64,000 nucleotides of DNA from an uncultured delta proteobacterium (GTDB lineage: Bacteria; Desulfobacterota; Syntrophia; Syntrophales; UBA2185): the NCBI GenBank assembly GCA_963695875.1, contig CAVOID010000010.1, positions 149,861 to 213,860 of the forward strand. The letters are read 5' to 3'. Within the stretch, counting starts at the first letter, position 1; each line of letters opens with the position of its first letter. Below the pieces are notes generated by a model. The model did not search any database, was not told the origin of the DNA, and saw only the letters and a program-made list of their open reading frames with translations. Both the position numbers and the translations under genes were made by a program. Shown in pieces: positions 11,258 to 21,391 of the stretch.

Positions 11258-11290
11258 CTCAGGACTCCTAAATCCTAATATCATCAAGTG

Positions 11291-11361
11291 TGTCATTTCG
11301 AAGGAGCGTAGTGACTGAGAAATCATCAATGTTGAAAAAGATTTCTCCTGCGGTCGAATGG
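11291..11361. repeat. REP-like inverted doublet (TGTCATT...AGATTTCTC...GGTCGAA family)
   Basis: Similar to 18780-18851 and 20928-21009; lies between convergent genes. Confidence 0.55.
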
Positions 11362-11391
11362 TGCTAATAAAATGATGTTAGCCTCTAATCG

Positions 11392-12291
11392 CTACCCTTC
11401 GGCCCTCTTCAGGTATTCATTCCACTTGGTGTCGACCCACCTTTGCAGTTGTCTCAACTGTTCGATGCTCATCTTTTTGAATCGTCCCTGTCTTTCCACG
11501 TAATTGATGACAGGCAGTTTGTTCCCCTTTTCCGCCAAGGTCTTGCTTCTGCCGGTGAAACGAAATTTACCGTCCTCAATCTCGAAGAGAACGACGATAC
11601 CGGTTTCCACGGCAAGTCTCCCGATACGCACGGTGTCCTTAGGTGCATAGCCCCATCCAGGCGGGCAGGGGACGGCGATCTGCATGTACCGCGATCCCTT
11701 GATGCGCTTAGCCTTGACAAATTTATCATACAGGTCAATAGGATAAGCTGGTGAAGTGGTGGCGAGATAAGGCAGGTCATGGGCTTCCATGATTCGCAGC
11801 ATATCCTTCTTCGGCTGCTGTTTGGTCAGCACCGGCGTGGTGGTAGTCAGTGCACCTATTGGCGTGGCGCTGGAACGCTGAGTACCCGTATTCATATACC
11901 CTTCGTTGTCGTAACAGACGTAAATGAAGTCCGTACCTCTTTCGGCTGCCCCGCTCAGGGCCTGGATGCCCATATCGAAGGTTCCTCCATCCCCGGCAAT
12001 CGCCACGGCCGTGATGTCCGTGCGGTTCAGGGCATTCAGGCCGGCGACTATACCTGCTGCTGAGGCTGCCGTACTGGCGAATGTGCAATTCAGAGCAGGA
12101 ATGGTTACGGATGTTGTCGGATACAGGCCGTGGAGAACAGTCAGGCAGCAGGCCGGAAAAGTCAGAATCGTATTTTCACGTAACGCCTTCAGGACGTAGC
12201 GATAAGCCAGGGACAAGCCGCAACCCTGGCAAGCCCTCTGCCCCGGGAGCATATACTCTTCAATATTTACCTTGAACAGGTTCTCCGGCAT
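11392..12291 (-). CDS. porB: Pyruvate/2-oxoacid:ferredoxin oxidoreductase beta subunit
   Basis: ACQGCG, GDGGTFD, DNEGYMNTG.QRS TPP-binding motifs, PCPPGW. Confidence 0.88.
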   Translation of the reverse strand: MPENLFKVNIEEYMLPGQRACQGCGLSLAYRYVLKALRENTILTFPACCLTVLHGLYPTTSVTIPALNCTFASTAASAAGIVAGLNALNRTDITAVAIAGDGGTFDMGIQALSGAAERGTDFIYVCYDNEGYMNTGTQRSSATPIGALTTTTPVLTKQQPKKDMLRIMEAHDLPYLATTSPAYPIDLYDKFVKAKRIKGSRYMQIAVPCPPGWGYAPKDTVRIGRLAVETGIVVLFEIEDGKFRFTGRSKTLAEKGNKLPVINYVERQGRFKKMSIEQLRQLQRWVDTKWNEYLKRAEG

Positions 12292-12295
12292 ATTT

Positions 12296-13504
12296 TCACT
12301 CCGTAAAACAGTTTAACCATTTCGGTCCAGGTTCGTTATCCCCTGAGGCAATGGCATCTCGTGACGACCGGACAGCTTCGGCAAGCTCCCTCGCCTTGAC
12401 GTCCCGGCCACCAAGTCCGACAATATAGTTATGGATAGGCAGACGGATATCCGTCCCGTAAAAGGCCGCCTTGAGTTCGGAACACAGCGCTCCTTCATAT
12501 CCGTAACTGATCCCCTTTTCGAAGACAACAATAGCCTTTGTCTTCCTGAAAGCCTTTCTGACTTCTTCTTTCGGGAAAGGCCTGAAGATCCTGATTCCGA
12601 CAACGCCTGCCCTGATGCCCTCTTCCCTCAGCATATCCGCTGCCGCAGTAGCCTCGTTGGCTACAGAGCCCATCCCCGTCAAAACCACCTCGGCATCATC
12701 CGTCTTGTATTGCCATAACATCCCACCATGATCTCTCCCGAAAGTCTCGGCGAATGTATGGCCGGTGGTAACAATCACATCACGGGATTCTTCAAGGATC
12801 TTCTGGAGCTTGTATCGCATCTCCATGTAACCATCGCACAGTACACCATCGGCATTGGCCCGGCGCCATGGAAAAAGGACAGGGTTGATATTCATGGGGG
12901 TCTCCGGCGACAGTATTGTGTGGGGCTTATAAGGGGGCAGGAAATCAGATACTAGCTCAGCATCAGGGATCTCCACGGGCATCATCGTATGGGACATAAC
13001 AAAACCATCATAACAGATCATGACAGGAACATAAACAGACTCGGCAATCCGGTATCCTTGGATGATGGAGTCGATGATTTCCTGATTGTCACGGCAGTAA
13101 ATCTGAATCCAGCCTGTATCGCGCTGTGCGATTGAATCCTGCTGATCATTGAAAATTGTCCAGGGTGCGCCCACTCCCCGGTTTACGCAGCACATCACAA
13201 TGGGCAGCCTGGAGCCGGCAGCCCAGTGGATCTGCTCATGCATGTAAAGAAGTCCCTGGGAACTGGTAGAGGTAAAGACACGTGCGCCCACGGTGGATGC
13301 CGATATGCAGACCGTGAGCGCCGAGTGCTCGGATTCGACGCGGATATATTCAGCCTTGAGTTCTCCGCCCTCAATAAACTGAGAAAGGATCTCCGTCACA
13401 GAGGTTTGCGGTGTAATAGGATAGGCGGCAACGACCTGAACCTGGCTGAGTTTCGCCCCCAGGGCCGCGGCTTGATTGCCCGTCATGATCTGTACTTCAG
13501 CCAT
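12296..13504 (-). CDS. porA: Pyruvate/2-oxoacid:ferredoxin oxidoreductase alpha subunit
   Basis: GNQAAA, AYPITPQT, ESEHSA, TSSQGL. Confidence 0.9.
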   Translation of the reverse strand: MAEVQIMTGNQAAALGAKLSQVQVVAAYPITPQTSVTEILSQFIEGGELKAEYIRVESEHSALTVCISASTVGARVFTSTSSQGLLYMHEQIHWAAGSRLPIVMCCVNRGVGAPWTIFNDQQDSIAQRDTGWIQIYCRDNQEIIDSIIQGYRIAESVYVPVMICYDGFVMSHTMMPVEIPDAELVSDFLPPYKPHTILSPETPMNINPVLFPWRRANADGVLCDGYMEMRYKLQKILEESRDVIVTTGHTFAETFGRDHGGMLWQYKTDDAEVVLTGMGSVANEATAAADMLREEGIRAGVVGIRIFRPFPKEEVRKAFRKTKAIVVFEKGISYGYEGALCSELKAAFYGTDIRLPIHNYIVGLGGRDVKARELAEAVRSSRDAIASGDNEPGPKWLNCFTE

Positions 13505-13505
13505 C

Positions 13506-13805
13506 TTACTTAACCTCATTCACCATGGTGATCGCTTTTCCGGGACATTCCTCTGCGCAGATGCCGCAGCCTTTGCAGTATTCCAGGTTGATCTCCAGGG
13601 GAATCGTCGCTTTGATCACCCCTTCCGGACAATAGAGCCAGCAGAGGAAACATGCGGCCTTTTTCTTGATGCAGGGGATGCACTTGGAAGGATCATGAAC
13701 CGGTCTCATGTCCCGCCAGTCCCCTGTTTTACCGGCCTCTCCGACGGCCGGTGTGGCCATGGCGGAAATATTTTCGTCTTTCTTCTTCACAAATGTTATC
13801 CTCAC
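13506..13805 (-). CDS. porD: 2-oxoacid:ferredoxin oxidoreductase delta subunit (2x[4Fe-4S])
   Basis: KTGDWR..RP, C..CWLYCPEG, YCKGCGICAEECP. Confidence 0.9.
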   Translation of the reverse strand: MRITFVKKKDENISAMATPAVGEAGKTGDWRDMRPVHDPSKCIPCIKKKAACFLCWLYCPEGVIKATIPLEINLEYCKGCGICAEECPGKAITMVNEVK

Positions 13806-14368
13806 ATGATGGCTTTCATTAAAGTCTGTTCAAATGCATCCCGCAGGGCCGCGACATTGGCGGCAGAAACCGCGCTGGACAACTTACATTTCAGTCCTTT
13901 TTCCATTGCCTCCAGGGATACCAGGCCTGATGCCCTGGCAAAGGCCCCCAGCATCGGGGTATTGACGATCGGTTTCCCCTCCCTAATCAAGCGGTGTTTC
14001 AGAGCAACGCCTCCGGCATTAACTGTGGCAATACTGATTTTTGCGTTTAGTTGCATGTCATCGGGCTTCAACGGGGTGTTAATGATGATCAGTCCCCCTT
14101 CCTTGAGCGTTCCCAGGATGTTTACTACAGAAATTAAAGATGGATCCAAAACGACGGAGATATCTGCATGTTCGATTTGCGAGACCATCCGGATAGGATC
14201 CGATGATATCCTGGTTGAAGCCGTCAGCGGGGCGCCTCTTCTTTCCGGGCCGAAGGTCGGCGCAGAGGTGACCCCCTTGAATCCTTGAAAATAAGCTGCT
14301 TCAGCCAGAATCTGGGCCGCGATCACAACACCCTGACCGCCCCTGCCATGCCATATCACTTCGTGCAT
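13802..14368 (-). CDS. porC: 2-oxoacid:ferredoxin oxidoreductase gamma subunit
   Basis: HGRGGQG, FGPERRGAP, NT.MLGA. Confidence 0.9.
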   Translation of the reverse strand: MHEVIWHGRGGQGVVIAAQILAEAAYFQGFKGVTSAPTFGPERRGAPLTASTRISSDPIRMVSQIEHADISVVLDPSLISVVNILGTLKEGGLIIINTPLKPDDMQLNAKISIATVNAGGVALKHRLIREGKPIVNTPMLGAFARASGLVSLEAMEKGLKCKLSSAVSAANVAALRDAFEQTLMKAIM

Positions 14369-14423
14369 ATTACCTGCCCTTCAAGAATTGACGATCTCAA
14401 AAAAACAACCCGGTCTAATGACA

Positions 14424-14600
14424 GACTGCTTTGTAAAAAGCTCCAGAGGCAAGGCGCACGCCTGAGGAATGAGGCGTACAAAGACGTACGCTGTAATAGT
14501 TGCGAGGCACAGCCGAAGTAAACTCGGAGATTCCTCGCTTTGCTCGGAACAGGCTCCGGATGAAGCACAACGCAGCATATGGACTTTTTTACGAAGTCGT
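14424..14600. mobile_element. MITE-like element with nested REP hairpin
   Basis: TIRs GACTGCTTTGTAAAAAG / CTTTTTTACGAAGTCGT; internal GCAAGGCGC..GAGGCGTAC..GTACG..CAACGCAGCATATGG shared with 36546-36670. Confidence 0.65.
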
Positions 14601-14606
14601 AAAGAA

Positions 14607-14638
14607 TAAAAAAAGGCCATGGAATTTTTACCCATGGC
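14607..14638 (-). terminator. Intrinsic terminator downstream of the TPR gene
   Basis: GGCCATGG stem followed by a T-run on the minus strand. Confidence 0.55.
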
Positions 14639-14860
14639 CCTTAGGATGATATATGAATGTTTATTATCTTTTCCTAAAAACGACGGGCGCCGGGAATTGA
14701 CCCGGCAAAAGAAGAGCGAGGAGATACAAGCGATCTTCACTCAATCTGTTAAACTCTCTTCTTTTTATACTGCTTGTCATTTTCAGGAACACTCTGTAAC
14801 AATTTTTCGCGAACATAGAATAAATGACGGTCTATGTCAACAGGTAAATTTTGGGAAACC

Positions 14861-16798
14861 TTATCGGGTCTTTGTATTTTGAGTAAGGGCAACTTGAAGG
14901 TTGTTGTACGCCTCCTTATAGTCCGGCCTTATCCATAGCGCCTCCCGAAAATGGGCAATAGCCTCAGTCACTTTACCCTTGCGAGCCAAGGCAATTCCTA
15001 GATTGTTGTGCGCTTCCGCATAATCAGGCTTTATCTCCAAGGCCATCGTAAAATATTTCCCGGCCTCATCATGATTTCCTTGTTTGGCCAATACCCTTCC
15101 CAACAGATACGGTATCTCCGGATCAGAAGGGAGAATCTTGAGTGCCTCACGTAACTGTGAAACAGCATCATCGAGATTCCCCTTCTGCATCAGGGCAATG
15201 CCCAAATTTTTGTGCGCTTCTGCATAGTCAGGCTTGGCCTGCAGCGCCTTATAGAAATAGGTCATAGCCAGATCATGATTTCCGCGCATCGCGGCATTTA
15301 CACCAAGGTTGAGGTTCGTTTTCGCGTCGGAAGGCTTTATCCGGATCGCCTCCAGAAATTGCGAATTAGCCTGATCAAGATTTCCAATGTGCACGAGGGC
15401 TAGCCCTAGGTTGTAGTGCGCCCAGTAATTATTCGCAGTAACTTTTACAGCATGCTCATAGAGGGCAATATCGTCCCGCCAATATCGGACCTGAACCCAC
15501 GTAACAATTATCAGGATGGAAAGGGATGTTGAAGCGAGCAAAACGAGCGCATTCCTGCGATAGGGCCATTTAGCCAGGAGATCGGGAACACCCCAGGCAA
15601 TCATGATAAAGAGACCGATGTAAGACACGTAGGTATATCGATCAGCCATGGATTGCAGTCCCACCTGCACCAATCCGATCACCGGTACCAGCGTTCCCAA
15701 GTACCACAGCCATCCCACAATCAGATAAGGTTTTTTTAGCACATATAGAAGAAGTATAGTAATGGATACGAGCAGCAACCCGGCTCCGGCAACCTGCCAT
15801 ACGGCCAGGGCGTCTCCCGGATGAGGATAAAAGATGGCCAGGTTTGTAGGCCAGAGCATCTTTCCTATGTATGCGGCATAAGATACCAAGGCATTTTCTA
15901 TCCGGGCTTGAAGTGAATACTGTTCTATGGATTTCACGACTCCTGTCCGTGACTGGACGATCAGGACCACAATACTTGCCCCTGCCGCCATGACAAAAAG
16001 AGGCAATTTTTCTTTGACCAGAGGGATAAGAAGGGACCATTTATAAACAGAAGTTGGTGCTTTCTGAGTCTGGACCTCATTCCTTACTATAACCTTTTGA
16101 TGTTTCTTTTTCTTGTCCGCACGCCTTTGCGTTTCGGATTTGTCGGGACGGCTGGATATGCCTGATTTTTGCATATCTAATCGGCCGAGAGGCCAGTAAT
16201 CAAGAAGCAGGAGTATAAAGGGCAGGGTAACCAGCATTTGTTTTGCCATGAGACCCAGGGCAAAAAAAAGAACGACCGGCAAATATCGGCCTGCTTTAGG
16301 ATTTTCCACATAGCGGACGTAACAGAATATGGTAAGGAATAAGAAAAGGGTGCTGAGGACATCCTTTCGTTCTGATATCCACGCCACGGACTCTACGTGG
16401 AGTGGGTGGATGGCGAAGAGCGCTGCAACGAAGGCGCTCTGCCATATCGCTCCCGTCATCCGCCTGAAAACCAGAAATAATAAGAGGGTATTCGCAATGT
16501 GGAATACAAGATTGATCAGATGATGGCCCCCAGGTTTCAGACCGAATAGCTGGACGTCCATCATATGGGACAACGATGTCAACGGATGCCAGTTGAACGC
16601 ATGCACAGACGTGAAAGCCCACGCCACGCCGTCGACGGTCAATCCATTCCGGACATGGTAGTTCTCCGTAACATATTCAGGGTCATCGAAGGTGATAAAG
16701 CCATCATTCGTAACCTGCCAGAAAACTGCAAAGGTAACTACCGCCAGAAAAAGACATATGAATAACGCGAGTCGATTGTCATGTATTTTATCAGTCAC
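14861..16798 (-). CDS. Membrane GT-C-like (TMTC-type) protein with C-terminal TPR repeats
   Basis: FDD.EY, WHPLT, HPLHVESVAWISERKDVL, ADRY.Y; repeated AH.NLG TPR units. Confidence 0.85.
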   Translation of the reverse strand: MTDKIHDNRLALFICLFLAVVTFAVFWQVTNDGFITFDDPEYVTENYHVRNGLTVDGVAWAFTSVHAFNWHPLTSLSHMMDVQLFGLKPGGHHLINLVFHIANTLLLFLVFRRMTGAIWQSAFVAALFAIHPLHVESVAWISERKDVLSTLFLFLTIFCYVRYVENPKAGRYLPVVLFFALGLMAKQMLVTLPFILLLLDYWPLGRLDMQKSGISSRPDKSETQRRADKKKKHQKVIVRNEVQTQKAPTSVYKWSLLIPLVKEKLPLFVMAAGASIVVLIVQSRTGVVKSIEQYSLQARIENALVSYAAYIGKMLWPTNLAIFYPHPGDALAVWQVAGAGLLLVSITILLLYVLKKPYLIVGWLWYLGTLVPVIGLVQVGLQSMADRYTYVSYIGLFIMIAWGVPDLLAKWPYRRNALVLLASTSLSILIIVTWVQVRYWRDDIALYEHAVKVTANNYWAHYNLGLALVHIGNLDQANSQFLEAIRIKPSDAKTNLNLGVNAAMRGNHDLAMTYFYKALQAKPDYAEAHKNLGIALMQKGNLDDAVSQLREALKILPSDPEIPYLLGRVLAKQGNHDEAGKYFTMALEIKPDYAEAHNNLGIALARKGKVTEAIAHFREALWIRPDYKEAYNNLQVALTQNTKTR

Positions 16799-18472
16799 TG
16801 GGAGGACAACCTTGATTCGATGGGATTCACCCCCGGCCGGGTCTTCCGGGTCTGATTGATAAGTGTCTCCATCTTCTCAACGAGAGGTGGAAGTGATTCA
16901 GGATGGAGAGCAGATATTGCTAAGGCGTCAAACATCCGGCAGAGATTTTTAAGGATTGCTTTGTCGGGAAAGCGATCCTCTTTGTTAAAAACGCGGATGG
17001 TCGGTTTTCTAATTATGTCGAGTTCCTCAAGTATCTTCTCGACTGCCGCTATGTGACTCTCAAAATTCGGGTTGCTGACGTCAATTACATGAAGCAGGAC
17101 ATCGGCTTCCTGGAGTTCATCGAGGGTCGCTCGGAAGGCAGCGAAAAGATCCCGGGGAAGATCCCGGATGAATCCCACCGTGTCGGTTATGATGGCTTCC
17201 GTATCCCGCGGGAAGCGGAGTCGCGAGCTTTTGGGATCAAGTGTCGCAAACAGGCGGTCCTCTGTAAAAACGTCGCTTTTTGTAAGTGTATTCAGGAGAG
17301 TGGATTTGCCTGCATTTGTGTAGCCGACAATGGAGATGACGGGAAGTCGCATCCTCTCCCGTTTGATCCGGCGCTGTCCCCTTGCCTTTTCAATCTGCCT
17401 GGAGCTCCCGTTCGAGGCGGTGGATTCGATCCCTGACACGGCGCCGGTTGATCTCAAGCTTTGTCTCTCCGGGCCCCCTTCCCCCGATGCCTCCCGTAAG
17501 CCTTGACATGGCCGTGTTTTTCGTAACCAGCCTGGGAAGCAGGTACTTCAACTGGGCGAGCTCTACCTGGAGTTTGCCTTCCATGCTGTGGGCGCGCCGG
17601 GCAAAGATATCGAGAATTACCTGGGTGCGGTCGATGACTTTCATCTCCGTAAAATCGGCAATCGATCGGATCTGCGCCGGTGTCAGTTCATGGTCGAAGA
17701 TGAGGAGATTGGCGCCTATCTGCAAGGCCCGGATGACAAGCTCCGAGATTTTTCCCCTGCCGAGGATGTATCGGGGATCTATCTGCTCACGGTACTGGAT
17801 GACTGTATCGAAGACCTCAACCCCGCATGACCGGGCAAGTTCCTTCAGCTCGTTGAGAGAGGCCTGGCTGTCAGCAAGGGGATTCGTCTCCACGCGGATT
17901 AGAATGGCACGGTCGACGGAATCTACTTTCCGGGTCTTCTGCTTTCTTGCAAATTCGCTCTCCAGGGTCTGGATGAAGGCGGCAAAGTCGAGGTGCATCT
18001 CCGACGGCCGGTCCTTCTCCATGATAAACCAGTATCTCCCTTCCGGGTTTTCCGGGATCAGATGGGCCGTGTGGGCATACCCGGGCAGTCCATCCTCCTC
18101 CGCCTCAACGGCACAGACGAGATCGAGGCGCAGGAGCGCCAGGTCCGTCAGGTCATCGGTGGTGAGACCCTCGCCGTTTAGATGGGTATGGATCAGGCGA
18201 AGTCCCTTGAAGCGGGTGGAAGAAGAACGAAACCCGTCGAGGCCGGGGATCATGATTTCCTTGTGTGAACCGACTATCACGTAGGCGATCTCGCCTCTGC
18301 GGCTGATCAGGATGCCGATCTGACGGTTGATTTCCCGGGAAAGAGAGGTAAGTGATCTCGCCAGTTCGTGGGTAACGATGCGTTCCGGAGGTACTTTCCT
18401 CCGGTAGAGCTGATCGATCCTTCTGATCTGTTCCGCCCCGAGACCGGTCAGGTTGCCATAGACTCTATCGAT
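16795..18472 (-). CDS. hflX: GTPase HflX (long form), frameshift near 17400; start codon uncertain
   Basis: DRTQVILDIFA, GRGPGETKLE, GYTNAGKST, LFATLD, DTVGFI, NK.D. Confidence 0.9.
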
Positions 18473-18689
18473 TGCCGGCCCCCTTGCTTTCAGCCGCCCG
18501 TGCCGCCATTCTCCTGGCCAGGCGTTCCTCATATCTTTCCCGGCTGTGGAAACTGGTGCGCCCTATCAACTTCTTCGGATTAAGAGCCCCGCATGCGGGA
18601 CAGGCGAGACCTTCCTGACCTTCCCCGACTTTCATAAGACGTTCAAAGATATGCTTGCAGGTACTGCATTCAAATTCATAGATCGGCAT
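18465..18689 (-). CDS. FmdB-family zinc-ribbon protein
   Basis: MPIYEFEC..C.H.FE...CP.CG. Confidence 0.85.
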   Translation of the reverse strand: MPIYEFECSTCKHIFERLMKVGEGQEGLACPACGALNPKKLIGRTSFHSRERYEERLARRMAARAAESKGAGNR

Positions 18690-18779
18690 GTAAAACTCAC
18701 TACGTTTTGATCAAATGTCATAATTCTAAATATGATTCTCAATTCACATTGAGATACTTTAATTTCAAGCGACTCACTT

Positions 18780-18851
18780 TGTCATTACGAGCAAAGCGAG
18801 AAATCTTGTCTTCTTATGTTATCAAGATTTCTCCCTGCGGTCGAAATGACA
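18780..18851. repeat. REP-like inverted doublet
   Basis: TGTCATTACGAGC..GAGAAATCTT / AAGATTTCTC..GTCGAAATGACA. Confidence 0.6.
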
Positions 18852-18927
18852 ATCTTGTAAAGAGATCTAAGATTTTAATTAAAATTAACATACAGTAATT
18901 TGCGGGTCAAGGGGGATTTTGGTCATG

Positions 18928-18957
18928 AAAAAACCCCGGAGGGTTATCCCCCCGGGG
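18928..18957 (-). terminator. Intrinsic terminator of the porin gene
   Basis: CCCCGGGGGG-ATAA-CCCTCCGGGG followed by TTTTTT on the minus strand. Confidence 0.75.
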
Positions 18958-18990
18958 CTCTTTGTGGTTAAACGTCCAATAACGACCGGA

Positions 18991-20451
18991 TTAGAAGCTG
19001 AGGGTCAGCTTGTGCGTCAAGAGATAGTCGTTATTGACAGTAGCTGCGGCCTGGGTGCCTTTCCAGAAGTCACCTGCCCAGAGGTAGCCGAACCCGACCA
19101 TGTAGCTCAGGTTGTCATAGATCTTGTACGTTGCCGTAAGATCACCTTCCCAGCCGTAGTCTTTAGAAATCCAGCCGTTGTGTCACGGGTTTATCCGCTT
19201 TTGCCCAGGTGACGGCCAGCCTTTACATCCAGTTTGGGTATAGGCTTGATGCCTACGAATACCTGCACGATATAGGCATTGCTGATACCGGCGGCGCCCG
19301 TTGACGAGTTATTGTCGGGGGCCAACTGCAGTCGGCATAACGGGCATCAACCCAGACCGCCGTTCCATCTCATCGAATCGTAGTTGAAGAGCATCAGGCA
19401 GGGGTTGAAGTCAGTGCCGCCAGGCTGACCGGCCGTATTGGTTGTGTTGGGCGAGCCGGAGACTGCCGGGCTGTCACCCTCTACATAGACGAACGTAGCG
19501 CCGACATAGGCCGGTTTGATATCTACGCTGGCCATGGCATAACCGGACCAGCCATTGAGTGTGACATCACCGTGTAGTGTTGAACGGCATCGCTTTCATA
19601 AGCGACTGTCTTGCCGTAACGGTAAATGACCTCACCCTCTGTATAGACGGGACCAAACTGCGCCTTCCAGTAGGGCAGGAACAGCCAGTACTTCGTTTTG
19701 TACCCGTTGTCCGACCGGAGCAGTAGGTCGCACCGCTGGTGGTAGTCATTCCACACGTACTTGACGAGGAGACCGGCATTCCCCTTGGCCCAGGTGTAGA
19801 CGAAGGCGGCCGCGGGGGCATCCTCCTGCGCATCTACCTGCGCACCGGCATTACTGGGACTGATTGAAGGGGACTGGGTTTCGTTCCCTCGTACCAGTCA
19901 TAGCAGGGCTATAAGTGTCCAGGGACCGGTGAAGTAATCGTATCTGATCCTGGGACCGAAAACGAGGTCGCCGGAATCACCGAATGTAGGTGCCCCATGC
20001 GGTCTGCGTCTGGTAACCAACCCTCACACGGCCGCCGAGGATATTGGCGGTCACATACACATTGTTGAACCTGATGTTTTCCAGCTTCCTGGTTATAGGC
20101 TTCCTGCTGAGCCGTACCAGTGGCACTAAAAGGGTTGATTCGTCTATGGTACGATGTTGTATGGCCAACGCCCCATACCCTTTCCATGATATCGGCCCTG
20201 GTCACCAGTTTCAGGCCTTCCGCTACCTGGAAGTCCGTCTGAAGCCTTAACCTCTGCCACATATCGGATATGGATGCACCCTCACGGGAGCTCGACTGTA
20301 GCCAGTATCATCATCTTGACAGGGCGCGGTTGCTGTCGTAATAACCCTGTACGATATACGTGCCGCTGAACTTCACGTCAGCGCCCAATACGGGCATGGT
20401 GAAGGCCATGATCAGCCCAACTGATAGTAAAACTATCCAAAACTTTCTCAT
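18991..20451 (-). CDS. Outer-membrane porin-like beta-barrel protein, multiple frameshifts
   Basis: Signal peptide MRKFWIVLLSVGLIMAFTMPVLGA-DVKFSG, QRLRLQTDFQVAEGLKLVTR, C-terminal THKLTLSF; GGAGG RBS. Confidence 0.7.
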
Positions 20452-20613
20452 TTTTTTCCTCCTGTTTACTGTTTGTTAAATCGATCTTTCCGGGCATGTA
20501 GAATGAAAGATCATCCTTTTCTCAAACTACTTTTCCGGCCTGCGGGGTTTCCCGAGGCCTCTTCATTGAACCCTTTATCACCTCCTTTCTTTGAAGTTCC
20601 TAATTCTTGAAAT

Positions 20614-20642
20614 TTTCTAACACCGCCAAAATTCATTGTCAA
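20614..20642 (-). promoter_or_regulatory. Sigma70-type promoter of the porin gene
   Basis: TTGACA-17 nt-TAGAAA with an extended -10 TG. Confidence 0.55.
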
Positions 20643-20665
20643 GAATTTTTGCCGGCATTTAAAAA

Positions 20666-20711
20666 AATCCACTCTTGACCCCCCTTTGCTAAAGGGGGGA
20701 TGGGGGGATTT
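20666..20711. repeat. CCCCCTTT/AAAGGGGG-type REP palindrome
   Basis: AAATCC..CCCCCTTTGCTAAAGGGGGGATGGGGGGATTT; related copy at 38434-38478. Confidence 0.55.
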
Positions 20712-20882
20712 CCCACGGGAGCTGGTCTAATAATCGCCCCCGGTCTTGTTTTGCCTAGCAATCCGTGTACCAACAAGAAGATCCATTCCTTCCGGAAGAG
20801 TTTCAATACCTGTAATGAACTGAAAATAAAAGGGAAAATACCTAAAAAAGTTCAGCCGCAGGGGAAAAAGAAGATTATGTAT

Positions 20883-21035
20883 GAGAATTTTGAGAAGCTG
20901 CATCTGATGCCATTGCGACCAATCAATTGTCATTTCGACCAAAGGGAGAAATATTATAAGCTATTGACAATACTAAATATTGCCACGTCGCTTCACTCCT
21001 CGCAATGACCTGGTGTGCAACTATTCAAAATCCTC
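20883..21035. mobile_element. MITE-like element enclosing a REP doublet
   Basis: Imperfect TIRs GAGAATTTTGAGAAG / CTATTCAAAATCCTC around TGTCATTTCGACC..CTCGCAATGAC. Confidence 0.5.
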
Positions 21036-21165
21036 AAACGTGAACCAGGAGTGTGTCAAAAAGAACACACAATAAATTGATTAGCTTGAATTTTTACAAC
21101 ATGATTTGATAATTTTTTATCATGTCCATATCCATTTTAATAAAAGCTTAGCATAATCCAGAGCA

Positions 21166-21244
21166 GTCATTGCGAGTGAAGCGAAGATATCTCGTAATCA
21201 ATTGATATAATGAGATCGCTACGTCGCTATCACCTCGTGATGAC
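21166..21244. repeat. REP-like inverted doublet (GTCATTGCGAG family)
   Basis: GTCATTGCGAGTGAAGCGAAGATATCTC..GAGATCGCTACG..CTCGTGATGAC. Confidence 0.6.
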
Positions 21245-21332
21245 TCGCGACGACTATGCAACGATTTTCTAAGTATGTCAGCCCAGCATTGCAAGACAAT
21301 TCACCGATCAGCATAAGAAGAGGAAATTATAA

Positions 21333-21360
21333 GTCAACCTAATTATAATTTAGGTTGACA
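21333..21360. promoter_or_regulatory. BirA (biotin repressor) operator
   Basis: GTCAACC-N13-GGTTGACA palindrome just upstream of birA; the TTGACA half could also serve as a -35. Confidence 0.8.
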
Positions 21361-21391
21361 ATTAACCGAGTGGGATGATAAGAGCGACGCC

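Noticed and set aside
14356..14882. Short ORFs across intergenic repeats (also 9571-9783, 20700-21008, 36497-36807, 39711-40047)
   Set aside because: They run through MITE/REP sequence and lack RBS or family motifs.
14900..15450. Periodic sequence similarity
   Set aside because: TPR coding repeats, not a DNA array.
13476..18284. Long antisense ORFs (13476-14288, 17382-18284; also 51801-52415, 53584-54309, 57232-57798)
   Set aside because: Shadow frames opposite well-supported genes, with no recognisable motifs.
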